DNA of 64,000 nucleotides, from positions 192,001-256,000 of the forward strand of contig CAWFQB010000014.1 in NCBI GenBank assembly GCA_963817895.1, in the 5' to 3' direction. Every line of letters begins with the position of its first letter. Position 1 is the stretch's first letter. Origin of the DNA: an uncultured Chthonomonadaceae bacterium. Its GTDB lineage: Bacteria > Armatimonadota > Chthonomonadetes > Chthonomonadales > Chthonomonadaceae. This document shows positions 1 through 11,753 of this stretch, piece after piece. The translations under genes were made by a program, and so were the position numbers. Under the pieces are notes generated by a model. It saw nothing but the letters and a program-made list of their open reading frames with translations, was not told the DNA's origin and made no database searches.

Positions 1-27
1 ATCGCGGCGCGGGGCAAAGTGCGTTGA

Positions 28-77
28 CCTCACCCCCCGCCCCTCTCCTTGCCGCGCAACGCGCCAGGAGAGGGGAG
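28..77. repeat. CCCCTCTCC...GGAGAGGGG palindromic intergenic repeat
   Basis: cctcaccccccgcccctctcct...aggagaggggag hairpin; related copies at ~9615, ~23472, ~53752, ~57291 and ~60229. Confidence 0.7.
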
Positions 78-164
78 CCAATGCGTCTTATGGCGCAACT
101 TGTTTTACATCGGTTCTGTCTGTTATTAGCGAACGATTTAATTTGATGAGGAGAATAGCGGTTT

Positions 165-1929
165 ATGAAGGCGTCTCAATTGTTTATACCGACCCTGCGC
201 GACGTTCCCAAAGACGCGGAACTGAAAAGCCACCAACTACTGCTGCGGGGCGGGTTTGTGCGGAATGTGGCGGCAGGCGTGTATTCGTATCTGCCGCTTG
301 GCTGGCGGGTGCATGAGAAGATTTCGCAGATCGTGCGCGAGGAGATCAATGCGTTCGGCGGGCAGGAGATACACATGCCCGTGCTGGTTCCGAAAGAACT
401 GCTGGATGAGACGGGACGGTCTGCCGTGCCCGTTTTATTTGCCCTGAAGGACAAGAACAAGCGCGATTTCTTTCTCGGCTTTACGCATGAGGAGGTGGTG
501 ACGGATATAGCGCGGGGCACGATCAGTTCGTGGAAGCACATGCCGCTGTATCTGTACCAAATTCAGACCAAAGAGCGGGACGAACCCCGTCCGCGCGGCG
601 GGCTGATACGCGGACGCGAATTTACCATGTTCGACGGCTACTCTTTCGACAGCAGCGATGAGAACCTGAGCGTGATTTATCGCGCCAACTATCGCGCTTA
701 TGAGCGTATTTTTCAGCGGTGCGGGCTGGAGTATCTGGCGGTAGAAGCCGATCCCGGCGCGATTGGCGGCAGCGAAAACCACGAGTTTATGGTGCTGACG
801 GAGAGCGGCGAAGATACCGTTCTGCGCTGCGATACGTGTACCTATGCGGCAAATGCGGAGCGGGCGGAAGTACCGGAGGAAGGGAACAGGGAACAGGGAA
901 CAGGGAACAGGGAGGAAAGTCAATCGTCAATCGCCAATCGTCAATCGTCAGTTGTCCAACTCCGGGCGCGCATACGGTGGAGCAGGTGGCGGCGTTTTTG
1001 AGGGTGGACGCGACGCTGATTTTGAAGACGATTATCGCGGTTGCGGATGGCAAGCCGGTTGCGGCGCTGGTGCGGGGCGACCGGGAATTGAATTTGCCTA
1101 AGTTCGCGCGGTTTGTGGGCGCGAAGGATGTGGAACTGGCGGATGCGGCGACGGTGGTGCGGGTGACGGGCGCGCCGGTCGGGTTCGCGGGGCCGGTTGA
1201 TCTGGCGGAAGCGGTTCCGATTTATGTGGACAACGAAGTGGCGGATGGCGAGAACTATGTGGTGGGCGCAAATCAGGCGGACGCGCACCGAACCGGCGTT
1301 GCGCCGGGAGCGCATTTTGCCATTACGAAGCAGGGGGATATACGCACGGCGGTAGCGGGGGACAAATGCCCGCGCTGTGAGGGCGGGCATCTGACGGACG
1401 CGCGGGGGATTGAGGTCGGGCATATCTTCAAACTTGGGCACGAAGTACAGCAAAGATATGAACGCGCTTTTCCAGAACGAAGCCGGGGAAAAGCATCCGC
1501 TGATTATGGGATGTTACGGGCTGGGCGTGAGCCGGACGATGGCGGCGGCAATCGAAGCGCATAACGATGAGAACGGCATGGTGTGGCCTATCAATATCGC
1601 GCCGTTTGAAGTGGCGATAGTGGTTGCGAATGTGAAGGACGAGCAGCAAATCGGGGCGGCGCGCGACTTGTACAGCGGCCTGAAAGGGCAGGGGATTGAC
1701 GTCCTGCTGGACGACCGGGAGGAGCGCGTCGGCGTCAAGTTCAAGGACATGGACTTGATCGGCGTCCCGATTCAGGTGGTGGTGGGCAAAGGATTGGCGG
1801 ACGGCACGAGTAGAGGTTGGCCTGCGGCGCAACAAGGCTACGCGGGAAAGCGTAAGCGTTACGAATGCGCAGGCTACGATAGTCAATCTGGTTGCGGAGG
1901 AGAAAGCGCGTCTGCGTCCCACGGAGTAG
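165..1929 (+). CDS. proS: Proline--tRNA ligase with editing domain; split by apparent sequencing frameshifts
   Basis: MKASQLFIPTLR, SHQLLLRGG, RDEPRPRGGLIRGREF, GIEVGHIFKLG, MGCYGLGVSR, LDDREERVGVKFKDMDLIG across ORFs 165..1001, 719..1564 and 1410..1952; restored frame stops at TAG 1927-1929. Confidence 0.95.
882..954. repeat. Heptamer tandem repeats (GGGAACA)x4 and (TCAATCG)x~5 inside proS
   Basis: Read directly at 882-909 and 920-954. Confidence 0.9.
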
Positions 1930-1948
1930 AAGTCCATCAAGATAGAGG

Positions 1949-2029
1949 GTAGGGGCGCTGCTTGCCGCGCCCTCTGCAAACGGTAGCCGCGACTTGCTTT
2001 CAGGAGGGTTCAGCGAGCAGAACCCCTAC
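1949..2029. repeat. GTAG-type REP doublet (REPIN-like)
   Basis: GTAGGGGCGCTGCTTGCCGCGCCC ... GGGTTCAGCGAGCAGAACCCCTAC in inverted orientation. Confidence 0.7.
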
Positions 2030-2096
2030 AAGTTACCCTTATGTTCTACCTTGAAGGAGTATAAGGAAGCGGATAAAGCGAAAAAGTGTGATGAAT

Positions 2097-2195
2097 GCGG
2101 GCCGCGTCGCGGCCCGCGATTTTTTGAGGGGGCGTACGCCCCCTCAAAAAATCAATTTGATACGTGTCTTGGCACACTTATATTATCGGACGTTT
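2097..2195 (+). repeat. Composite element copy 1: GGGCCGCGTCGCGGCCC hairpin + 36-bp perfect palindrome + ATTATCGGACGTTT
   Basis: Same layout at 12789-12894 and inverted at 51001-51106. Confidence 0.85.
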
Positions 2196-2334
2196 CAAGT
2201 GAGGAAGTTTCACGATTTCGATGATGCCCCCTATATTGATTTAACCTGCTTATGTTTTTAACGGATTTTTTAGCCTGACCAACGGACAACACTTTGTACT
2301 CGCAAACCGGCGCAACGCCTTACTGAGACAATCA

Positions 2335-4210
2335 TTAGAGTTTGGCGGTGGCAGGTTTACTTTGTATACGTCGGCATCCGCATTGGAGTGTACCAGTTCC
2401 AGATAGAGAGGGGACTGGACCGTTTCACTGAGCAGGGGATTGAAGGATAATCGGGATTGGATTGATAGTGTTTTTGTGAAAACATCAGATATTGTACGCG
2501 CATTTCAGTCAGCATGTTTATGCGGAACTCATCAGGCATATCGGGTCTCGAAAACCGGATCAATTTCTGTAATTTGTCCCCATAGTCGGGAGTTTCGCCC
2601 CAGTGTCCGCAATACACATGACGATGGGTTAAGCCGGGCGCAAAACAGGCGGGCGTTATATCGAGCAGGCTCAATTTTCTTCTGCCGTAAGTCCGACCCA
2701 GGGTAACGGCTGTATTGCCGCATCTTGCGGGCGTATTAATTTCTATCCAGCGCAACGCTTCCAATTCTCCGGGATTCAGATAAGCGCGTTGCCCGGACTG
2801 AACGCGGTTGTCCTGATAATTGGTGATTTCACGGGTAATAAAGCGAAAGTTCGTCAGGGCAAGCACAATCAGTAGGACGGCGGCTGCGAAATTCACGCTG
2901 CGAATGGCGCGGCGTACAGCCGGGTGCATCAACAGCAACGCGAGGCCGCAACCCGCGAGAATGGCAATGGGAAAATGCGCCCCCTGCAGCATTTTGCGCT
3001 GAAAGGGGAATTTGGAAACCGGCAGATACGATACCAGAATGTTGATGACAGCCCACGTACGTCAGCAGATGCAGGGCGGCCTTACTTGTGAACAGAGTTT
3101 GTCCAATATTAGTGAGTTGATGGTTCTCATCTGTCGTGCTTTCATCAGCAGAGTTTGATTTCGGTAACTTCTTGCTTTCGACTGGCGAGGAGAACGCCAT
3201 AAACCGCAAGGCAAGCGTTAGGCCATATCCAAGCAGTACCCAAACCGGCAGAGCGGAACCAGTAACGACATTGGCGCGTTTGAGAAAGGTGGCTTCGGTT
3301 TGCAGTTGATGGTAGATGTATGCGACAGCCGGGAGCGGTACAATCCGGCAACAAGGGCTTGCAGCAACGCTTGCTTTACATGTTCCGGTGTAAGGCGGTG
3401 TTCCTGATTTGGGGTACTGCTGTTTTGGCTGAGAGCATCGTACAATGACGACACCGAGGTAGACGACCCACACTGCGCTGACGCTGAGGATGTCGTAGGT
3501 ATGGATCAAGCCAAGAATGAAACCGCATAAGCCTGCGGCAAGGGCATAGCGCAACCGTTGGGTTTGTTCGCCTTTGAACAGCAGCAGCAGGATGCCGACT
3601 TGCAGGGCAAGTGAAACGCAAAATAGCGGGCTGAGAAGCAGAGACAGAAACGTAATTGCTTCCGGCTGCCAGAGATCAATCGGGCCGGCAGGGCAGGTCG
3701 GCGCGGTGGGGAACGCTTCCCAGGAGAACGGAAGCCATCCCAAGCCGGACGCGAAAGCACACGCAAAGCAGGGCAAGGCGACGCGCGAACGGATCGGCAA
3801 CCGTGGCTTTGAGAAACCCCCAAACGATAATGAGCAAGCCCGCGCCACATGCCAGCCTTGCGAAGATGGTACACGGCAATCAGGGGCAGATGCGTCAGCC
3901 TCCCAATCCAGCCAAGCGCGAGAAAGAACGGGTTCAGCAACATTCCCTTTTGTGGGTCGGTTGTGAACAGGTTCAGGGCGCGGAGAGAACCGTCTGCCGC
4001 CTGCCGCATCCATGACAGGTACACGCAGCTATCGTCGAGATTGTAGCCCAGCCACATGAACACGCGCTCCTGCGCGCCCATCCACCCGATGAGGTAGGGG
4101 AGCATAGTGACGAGCATTGTGAACAGGGCAACAAGCAGCATCCAGCGCCGTTCAGAAGAAGGGTGTCGGGTGTCAGGTGTCGGGTGTCGGGTGTCAGGGG
4201 TTTCGGTCAT
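2335..4210 (-). CDS. Polytopic membrane protein, probable GT-C-type glycosyltransferase (frameshifted; 3' end approximate)
   Basis: N-terminal TM then YNLDDSCVYLSWMRQAADG; many TM segments; C-terminal ALRWIE...VYCGHWGETPD; pieces in ORFs 3506..4210, 3676..3879, 2829..4013 and 2357..2992. Confidence 0.65.
4161..4195. repeat. (GGGTGTC)x5 heptamer repeat encoding the N-terminal TPDTRHP repeats
   Basis: Read directly; same unit at 37490-37512. Confidence 0.85.
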
Positions 4211-4248
4211 AGCGAATCAGGATAGCGATTGGGAGATGTTCTGAGTTA

Positions 4249-5374
4249 TTACGATTGTATAGCAGCAGCGACAAGGGCGCGACATTCGGAATCAAAGCGT
4301 TCGATTTCGGACTTGCCGCTCAGTACGCCTATTTCCAGATCGTAGTGGCGTTGTTCGCCGGGAGCCAAAACCTGGAGCGTACCGGCTGCGCGTTCCGCCG
4401 CGCGGCCCAGTACCGAGCAGTTGGCGGGTTCCATGCCAACCACGTAGGTTCCCGAATCCAGCATTTTCCATTCAGTGAAGCGCGGCAGTTGGGCGGGGGA
4501 GTAGGCGCAATACACGCCGAAACCGGGGCCATCGCTGCCGCCGCTGTCCGTCTCGTCATCCACAATCGCGGTTGTAACCTGTCCCTTCGCATCGGGCGCG
4601 AGCGTATGAAAGTACACTTTTTCGCGGAAACCGGCTTGGGGCGGCTGTAAAGTTGGCGTAACGCTCTTTTCCCTCTTCGGCATCCGCATCGCGGGGTTGG
4701 GCGGCAAGGGTGGGGGCGATCAGGCGGGCCGAGTCGCTGACGGCGGGAAAGCCGATGTTGATATGGTACAGCATCATGTGTTCGGACGGTTTCGCGCCCA
4801 TATTTTCAACGGTATCGCGCAGAAACAAACGCTTTTCGCCCAACTTCGCTGTTATTACGCGCGTCAATTGCAAATTCTCGCCGAATACGGTGGCTTCCCG
4901 CACTTTGCCTGAAATAGTGAACAGGTATTCGTCTCCCTCCCAATGCCCTTCCCAGGCGACATTGGTGGCGGGAAGGTTGCTGATGCGGCCATGCAGTCCG
5001 TATTGCTGCCCCTGATCTTCGCCATTCGCGCCCGCATAAGTCAGACCGCACGTTACCACAAGGCCGCCATAAAAGCCGCGCAGCCATCCTCGCCCATTTT
5101 CGCCTTCGTGGTCGAAATACGCGGGGTGCGTGTCCGTTGTGGCGGAACGCCAGGCAAGCGAACGCCCATTGTAATTGGCGGAGGATATGTCCATTCCGCG
5201 TGACGCTAAAACGGTAAAATCCAGTCCGCTTCCAGTAGTCACATCAAGGGCAAAGACACCATCTTCCAGCCCCTCGATGAGACGATAAGGCTTGACGCGG
5301 GCAATCTGGCTGATGTCGCCAACTCTGGCAAGCAGTTCCGCCCTCGAATAGTTTTTGCCGTAAACGTATGCCAT
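4249..5374 (-). CDS. Aldose 1-epimerase family protein (DUF4432-like), frameshifted
   Basis: GSGLDFTVLASRGMDI, GLHGRISN, YHINIGFP, QLPRFTEWKM, VGMEPAN; ORFs 4556..5374 and 4249..4707. Confidence 0.85.
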
Positions 5375-5746
5375 GAAAGCTCCTCTTCCAGTTCAGTTGA
5401 GATGTTGATGCTATAGGAATTGCACATGTATCATCTGTTTTCCTGCGCGGTTGCGCGGTTGCGCCATTTGTTTGCGCTGCAAACTTCTTTTCCTCATGTC
5501 ACACGGGTGAGTGGTAGTCGTACATGCAATTGGAATACGGAAAATTCCGCGTTGGTGGGAAGCAGGGTGTAAACACGTAAACATCAGAAAAAACGATGTT
5601 TGGGAACATCAGCAGGCGTTCAATCGTCCTGTATTCGATCTATTCCGCCAATGTTTAGCAGTTTAATATCGGAGTTGTGTCGGGATTATTCCCCGGCAAC
5701 AGTGAGCCTGTCTCGTGATGGACAATACGCTTACGGAGAAAGAACA

Positions 5747-7090
5747 ATGAAACACAATAGAATACGCAGCAAAGCTTTCGGATTGGCGACATTGAGCGCG
5801 ATGCTGTCATGGGCTGCGATTATGGGCGCATCGGCGCAGACGCGAACGGCTTCACTGGACGCCGGGGCTGTGCTTCCGGTGAAGCTGGATGATGCGCTGA
5901 GTTCCAACAATTCCCGCAAAGGCGATACGTTTACCGCTACCATTCGCAACGACGCGGATACGGAATATTACCGGCTGCCGACAGGAACGCGGGTGGAGGG
6001 CGTTGTTCGTGACGCGCGTCCGAAGCAGGACAAAGACCCCGGTGTGCTTGACCTGGAGTTCCGTCGCTTGCGCTTCCCGGATGGCAAGTCGTATGCCATC
6101 GAGGGTTCGCTCATCGGGCTGGACAGCAAGAGCGTGGAGAAACGTTCGGATGGCCGACTGGTCGCCAAGCCCGGACACACGAATGATCGCCTGACATACG
6201 TGGGCTATGGCGCGGGAGCCGGGTTGATCGTCGGGCTGCTGACCAAACACGGAATTGAAGATACGGTCATTGGCGGTGGATTGGGCTATCTATTCGGTTC
6301 ACTGCAAAAGGGCGGCAATAACACCCCCAACAATGTGTCGCTGAAGCAGGGAACGGAACTTGGCGTCCGGCTGGATCATCAGGTGACGCTGGCGAATTAC
6401 GGCAGTCAGGACGATTACAACAACTACCGCAATCGCAACGGTGGTACGCAGAACGGGACAGATGCGACCGGAAATCGGGCCGATGATGCCCGTTACCACC
6501 GCGCAAACGACGGTACGGATACCAATTCGCGCTACCGTCAGGATGACAACAATCGTCAGGGCGATAACAGCAATCGCGCGGACAACCGCCGCCTGAATGA
6601 CAATCGTTCGGATCAGGAGAGGCGTGACGACAACTCGAATTCGGATCAGCGCAACACCAACCGGGATCGAACCAATGCCAATGGCATAGGCATGATGATT
6701 GGGGATCGGGATGTGACCTTCGCCTCAACGGCCCGCCCGTTCATGTCGCATGGCATTGTGATGCTGCCGTTACGATCCGTTTTGGACGCGGCGCATATTC
6801 CGTTTACCTACGATGCGCCCAATCAGCAGGTTCGGGCATCGGGGGATGGTGGCCGTGTTCGCCTCGCGCTGAATAGTTCCATTGCCGTTGTAGATGGCAG
6901 TCGGCGGGTAGACTTGGGCGCGACTGCGCAGCGTTTGAACGGAACCCTGTACGTGCCGATGCGGTTTTTCAATGTGTTGACGGGAAGGGAAATCACTTAT
7001 GATTTGAGCAGTCGGACGGTGATTATGAACCAGCGCGACAATCGTGATGACAACCGCAGAGATGAGAACCGGAACGACAACTCACGCTGA
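5747..7090 (+). CDS. Secreted protein: beta-rich N-domain with glycine zipper, N/D/R-rich linker, C-terminal copper-amine-oxidase-N-like domain
   Basis: SD GGAGA before ATG 5747; signal peptide; AGAVLPVKLDDALSS...GDTFTA; GAGAGLIVG; MLPLRSV...GTLYVPMRF. Confidence 0.75.
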   Translation: MKHNRIRSKAFGLATLSAMLSWAAIMGASAQTRTASLDAGAVLPVKLDDALSSNNSRKGDTFTATIRNDADTEYYRLPTGTRVEGVVRDARPKQDKDPGVLDLEFRRLRFPDGKSYAIEGSLIGLDSKSVEKRSDGRLVAKPGHTNDRLTYVGYGAGAGLIVGLLTKHGIEDTVIGGGLGYLFGSLQKGGNNTPNNVSLKQGTELGVRLDHQVTLANYGSQDDYNNYRNRNGGTQNGTDATGNRADDARYHRANDGTDTNSRYRQDDNNRQGDNSNRADNRRLNDNRSDQERRDDNSNSDQRNTNRDRTNANGIGMMIGDRDVTFASTARPFMSHGIVMLPLRSVLDAAHIPFTYDAPNQQVRASGDGGRVRLALNSSIAVVDGSRRVDLGATAQRLNGTLYVPMRFFNVLTGREITYDLSSRTVIMNQRDNRDDNRRDENRNDNSR

Positions 7091-7130
7091 TTTTGCTCAG
7101 TGCCTACTCAGTGAAGGCTGATTTGAAGCC

Positions 7131-7168
7131 GCAGGAAGACGGAACAAAATTTTGTTCCGTCTTCCTGC
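7131..7168. terminator. Perfect 38-bp inverted repeat, probable terminator
   Basis: gcaggaagacggaacaaaa|ttttgttccgtcttcctgc shortly after stop 7090. Confidence 0.65.
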
Positions 7169-7178
7169 TGTTCAGGTC

Positions 7179-7207
7179 TTGCAAAGTCGCTTGGAATGGT
7201 GTATACT
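7179..7207 (+). promoter_or_regulatory. Sigma-70-type promoter for the tRNA
   Basis: TTGCAA (7179-7184), 17-nt spacer, TATACT (7202-7207), 50 nt upstream of the tRNA. Confidence 0.6.
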
Positions 7208-7257
7208 ATTTAACATCGTTCCCAAGACGATGTAATGTGTACAGCAAAGGCATAAAC

Positions 7258-7330
7258 GGGGCTGTAGCTCAGTTGGGAGAGCGCTTCAATGGCATTGAAG
7301 AGGTCAGGAGTTCGAGCCTCCTCCGCTCCA
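7258..7330 (+). tRNA. tRNA-Ala (GGC), CCA not encoded
   Basis: GGGGCTGTAGCTCAGTTGGGAGAGCG-CTTCA ATGGCAT TGAAG-AGGTCAGGAGTTCGAGCCTCCTCCGCTCCA; G3:U70 pair, A73 discriminator. Confidence 0.97.
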
Positions 7331-7336
7331 TTATAG

Positions 7337-7366
7337 AAGGCGCAGCGTTTAATCGCTGCGCCTTTT
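7337..7366 (+). terminator. Intrinsic terminator after the tRNA
   Basis: aaggcgcagcg-tttaat-cgctgcgcctt followed by tt. Confidence 0.75.
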
Positions 7367-7454
7367 GGCATTGTCAGGCATGTTAGTCAATCGGGTGTTC
7401 AGACTGCGCGGCAGCCTATTGTCAGGGCTATGATAGCAGCGGAAAAGTGGGCGC

Positions 7455-8341
7455 ATGAATATCTATGAAAAGCCTAATCTGCTGTCTATGATGCGCAATC
7501 TTGGTTTAGCGCTGTTCGCCGCTCTCGTCGTTGTTGACCCTTCATGTTGTTATTCGCAGTCTGCTTCGCCTGCCCCTTCAACAGAACAATCCGTATCCTC
7601 AAACAAACCATCCGGCAACGCGATACAGAAGCAGCAAGGCAGTGTTACGCAATCCCCTGCGCAGAGTGTCGCTGACGACGCGGTTATTTTCGTTCGCCCG
7701 CTGGCTGTCGAAGGCGCAAATATCGGTGTCGCGTATCGCGCTAAGGTGTCCCATGCTCTGGTGAAGGCTGATGTAAACCGGCTGCTCACTGCCGGACACT
7801 GGCAGATGGAGGGGCCGCTACAGATTACCGATGAGAGTTTGCACCCGGACCGGCCTAAAGAGTTTCCGCCGACAACAGGCGTTTTCTTCCGGGTGGCGCG
7901 CGCCCCGCAGGTGACGGCCAACGCGCCCAATCTCCTGCCCTACCTCAAAGCTTTTCAGCGCCTTCAACGGTTCGACCTGAATTTTGAACTTGGAACACTG
8001 GAACCTTATCGCGGCGTGACCAGAGTTCAGAATAACGTCGTTGATATTCAGATTGCTGCGCGAGGAGGGATTGTATTCATTTCAAATTAGCGTTCACAAT
8101 CACAAGGAAAACATTCCCACTTTGGCGAATAGTGGGGAAGCCATTGACCATACGCTTGTGAACAATTCTAATGCGCCGGCTTCGCCTGAACAGGGACAAA
8201 TAGAGGCGCGCGCGAATGATGCGCAGGAAACGGACGTCCCGGCGTCCAAATATGCTGTTGGTTGTGACGCTTGGGCTGGTCGCGGGCGTATTGGTTGGGG
8301 GAAGCATTTATGTGGCGATGTCGCGCCACCCCTCGCGCTAA
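7455..8341 (+). CDS. Hypothetical exported protein with C-terminal TM anchor (frameshifted)
   Basis: Signal-like N-terminus in 7455..8090, continuation in the 8041 frame, terminal MLLVVTLGLVAGVLVGGSIYVAMSRHPSR* ending at 8341. Confidence 0.55.
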
Positions 8342-8457
8342 TCAAAAATCTGCCGCGCTTTGATAAGTCGGCGTATGTCAGGCAATGTACCCGCGTTTGC
8401 AGTGTTCGGCAGAATGTGCCGTTGTGTGTCGTTGTTTCAGAAAGGAACTCTATCCAC

Positions 8458-9600
8458 ATGGAACTTGATCTTGATAAGATGATTCTGGATTCGTTTGCCG
8501 AGTCCGCCTCGGATTTGTTTGTCAAATCGGACAGCCTGCCGTCTATCCGCAAGCATGGGAAAATCACGCGGCTGGAAGGCTATGGGGAACTCAGCTTCGA
8601 TCAGGTGAAAGAATCTGGTGTACAGCAAAATGACGCCGCGCCAGCAGGCGATGTTCGAGCAGCACCATGAGATGGACCTCGCGTTTTCCGTTGGCGAAGG
8701 CCTGCGCATCCGCATGAACATTTACATGCAGCGCGGCGGGCTGCGCGACCGTCTGCCGCCTGATTCCGACAAAAATTCGTTCGCTGGACGAACTCGGCGT
8801 TCCGCCGAAAGTGAAGGATTTTATCACGCACCGCAATGGGCTTGTGCTGATTACCGGGCCGACGGGATCGGGCAAAACGACCACGCTGGCGGCCATGATT
8901 GACCTGCTCAACGCAGACTCGCAAGGTCAACATCATCACGCTGGAAGACCCGATCGAGTTCGTGCATAAGGACAAGGAGGCGATTGTCAGCCAGCGCGAA
9001 ATCGGCATTGATACGGATAACTTCAACGTGGCGCTGCGGCACGTGCTGCGACAGGCGCCGGACATCATTCTCATCGGAGAGATGCGCGATCTGGAGACCA
9101 TGAACATCGCGCTGCAGGCGGCGGAAACCGGCCACCTTGTTTTCGCGACGGTCCACACCGCAAGCGCGGCGGAAACGCTGGATCGTATTTCCAATATGTA
9201 CGCGCCGCACGAACGCCCGATGCTCTGGCTGCGCCTGTCGGTCACGTTGCGCGGCGTGTTGTCGCAAAAACTGCTGCCGCGCGCGGATGGCAAGGGGCGC
9301 GTGGCGGCTATCGAAGTGATGGACGTGACGCCGACGATTATCAAGATGCTGGAAGACGGCAAATCCGATGAGATTTACGCGGCGATCCGGCAGGCGGGCA
9401 CGGAAGCGTACTGGGGTATGCAGACGATGAACCAGTGCCTGCTGCGCTATTACAAGGCGGGCATCATTTCGGAACAGGACGCGCTTGCCAACGCGGGACA
9501 GCCGACGGAACTGCGGCAGATGATTCGTATGGCATACCAGCGCGGGGAAGTGGCCGCGCCGGTTGGGGCGTCACAAAATCCGGCGCATGCGCCACGTTAA
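8458..9600 (+). CDS. pilT: PilT/PilU-family type IV pilus retraction ATPase (frameshifted)
   Basis: ASDLFVK; Walker A ITGPTGSGKTTTLAAMID; IITLEDPIEFVH; LRQAPDIILIGEMRD; AAETGHLVFATVHT; GMQTMNQ. Confidence 0.9.
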
Positions 9601-9775
9601 GAGTCTGAGTAGCGTCACCCCCGGCCTCTCCTAGCGGCGCAAAGCGCTAGCAGAGGGAGGCCCTTCTTTACGGACAGGGTAGTTTCTTCACGAAATTGTG
9701 GGTTAAGTAGGAAACTGATAAGCGCTTTAAGAGCATAAGTATTTCAGAACGAAGGATGTTCAGGATAATCATACT

Positions 9776-10572
9776 ATGGCAGGAATAATGGAAGGGAAGC
9801 GCGTTCTGGTGACGGGCGTGCGCAACAAATGGTCTATCGCGTGGCATACCGCGCTCTCGCTGCATCGGGAAGGGGCGCAATTGGCGTTTTCCGTGTTCGG
9901 AGATCGGGAAGCCGGGGGCGTGACCAAACTGCTGAAAGAGGCCGAGTTTGATGCGCCCGATATTGCAATGCGATGCTTCGGATGACGCGCAGGTGGACGC
10001 GCTGTTTACGCAAGTAGGCGCAATTGTTTGAGGGCAAACTGGATGGCCTGCTGCATGGCATCGCGTTCGCCAACAGAGAGGATTTGAGCGGGGAGTATGT
10101 CGCCACATCCAAAGCAGGGTTCACTCTGGCGCACGAGAGCAGCGTGTATACGCTTGTCGCGCTGGCGCGGGGCGCGCGGCCGCTGATGCAGGCGGCGGGC
10201 GGCGGCAGCGTGGTGACGCTTACGTATCTGGGCGCGGAGCGGGTTGTGCCGAATTACAATATCATGGGCGTGGCGAAAGCCTCGCTGGAAGCCAGCGTCC
10301 GCTATCTTGCCTCGGATTTGGGGCCGGACAACATCCGCGTCAACGCGGTATCCGCCGGGCCAATCAAAACTCTGGCGGCCAGCGCTATCGGCGATTTCAA
10401 CACCATGCTGAAGCAGTTCGCGGAACGCGCGCCTTTGCGCCGCGCCGTCGACGCGGATGAGGTCGGGGATACGGTCTGCTTCCTGCTCAGTCGGATGGCG
10501 CGGGGCGTGACCGGCGAAGTAATCTACGTGGATTGCGGCTACAACATCATGGGGATGTGGCTAATAAGATGA
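9776..10572 (+). CDS. fabI: Enoyl-ACP reductase (frameshift near 9960)
   Basis: GKRVLVTGVRNKWSIAW, YNIMGVAKASLE, NAVSAGPIKTLAA, TGEVIYVDCG. Confidence 0.93.
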
Positions 10573-11692
10573 ACACGATATGACGAGCAGCGACTTCCGT
10601 TTCCGCGTATTTTGCTGGGGCCTGGGCCGAGCAGCGTGACCCCGCGCGTTCTGGAAGCGCTGGCGCGCGCGCCGATCGGCTATCTGGACCCGGAACTCTT
10701 TACACTGCTGGACGAGACTGCGGGCCAATCTGCGGACGGTGTTCGGAACTCGCAATGGCTTTACCATTCCGCTGACCGGAACGGGAATGGCAGGCATGGA
10801 GTGCTGCCTCGCCAATCTGCTGGAGCCGGGGGATAACGTTGTCATCGGCGTTGCCGGGCTTTTTCGGCGGGCGGATGGTGGAAATTTGTCGGCGGCTTGG
10901 CGCAGAGGTGACAGAGGTTGATGCCGAATGGGGACGCATTCTGGAACCGGAACAGTTTGCGACAGCGCTGAAGCCGATGCAAGAACGTGAAACTGGTCGG
11001 CTGCGTTCATGCGGAAACCTCAACGGGCGTTCATCAGCCTCTGGAAGCGATTGTCGCGCTGGCGCATCAGCACGGCGCGTTGTTTTTGGCCGATGCGGTA
11101 ACATCTCTGGGCGGATTGCCCGTAGAGATAGATAAGACGGGCGATAGATGTCTGTTATTCCGGAACGCAGAAGTGCATGGGAGCGCCGCCCGGACTATCG
11201 CCGATCACGGTTTCCGAACGCGCGCTGGAAGCGGCTTTCAACCGGAAAACGCCGCTTGCCGATTGGTTCTTCGATTGGAAGCTGCTGCGCGATTACTATG
11301 ATGGCGCTCACGCCTATCATCATACGGTTCCTGTAAATCTGTATTACGCGCTTCACGCCGCGCTGCAGGAGATCATGGAAGAGGGATTGGAAGCGCGGTT
11401 TGGGCGGCATCAGGACTGTGAGCGCGCAATTGATGGCGGGCTTGCAGGAACTGGGAATTACGCCGTTCGCGCAGGAGGGGCATCGGCTTCCCACGCTGAA
11501 TGCGGTCGAAAATTCCCGACCGATGTGAGCGATGAAGTGGCGGTACGCAAGCGCCTGCTGATGGAATACGGCTTGGAGATCGGCGGCGGGTTGGGGGAAT
11601 TGAAGGGCAAAATCTGGCGCATCGGCACGATGGGCGCGTCGGCTACGCCGCGCAATGTGACGCTTGCTGCTGGCGGCGCTGAAGGCCGCTGA
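10569..11692 (+). CDS. Class V aminotransferase (alanine-glyoxylate/serine-pyruvate type), frameshifted
   Basis: [64 protein letters not shown]. Confidence 0.9.
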
Positions 11693-11753
11693 CTGCAGTC
11701 GAAAGCATACTGATACGAAGCCGGCTTGCCCGAAGCAGGGCAGAGACTGACGA

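Noticed and set aside
165..1929. Programmed frameshifting or pseudogenisation of proS and other split genes
   Set aside because: Indels are scattered through many unrelated conserved genes without a shared slippery motif; sequencing error is simpler
1994..2224. 76-aa ORF after proS
   Set aside because: It spans the REP and palindrome elements and has no RBS; likely spurious
7258..8341. tRNA-Ala as an island integration site
   Set aside because: No integrase and no duplicated tRNA 3' end seen in the window; a normal terminator follows
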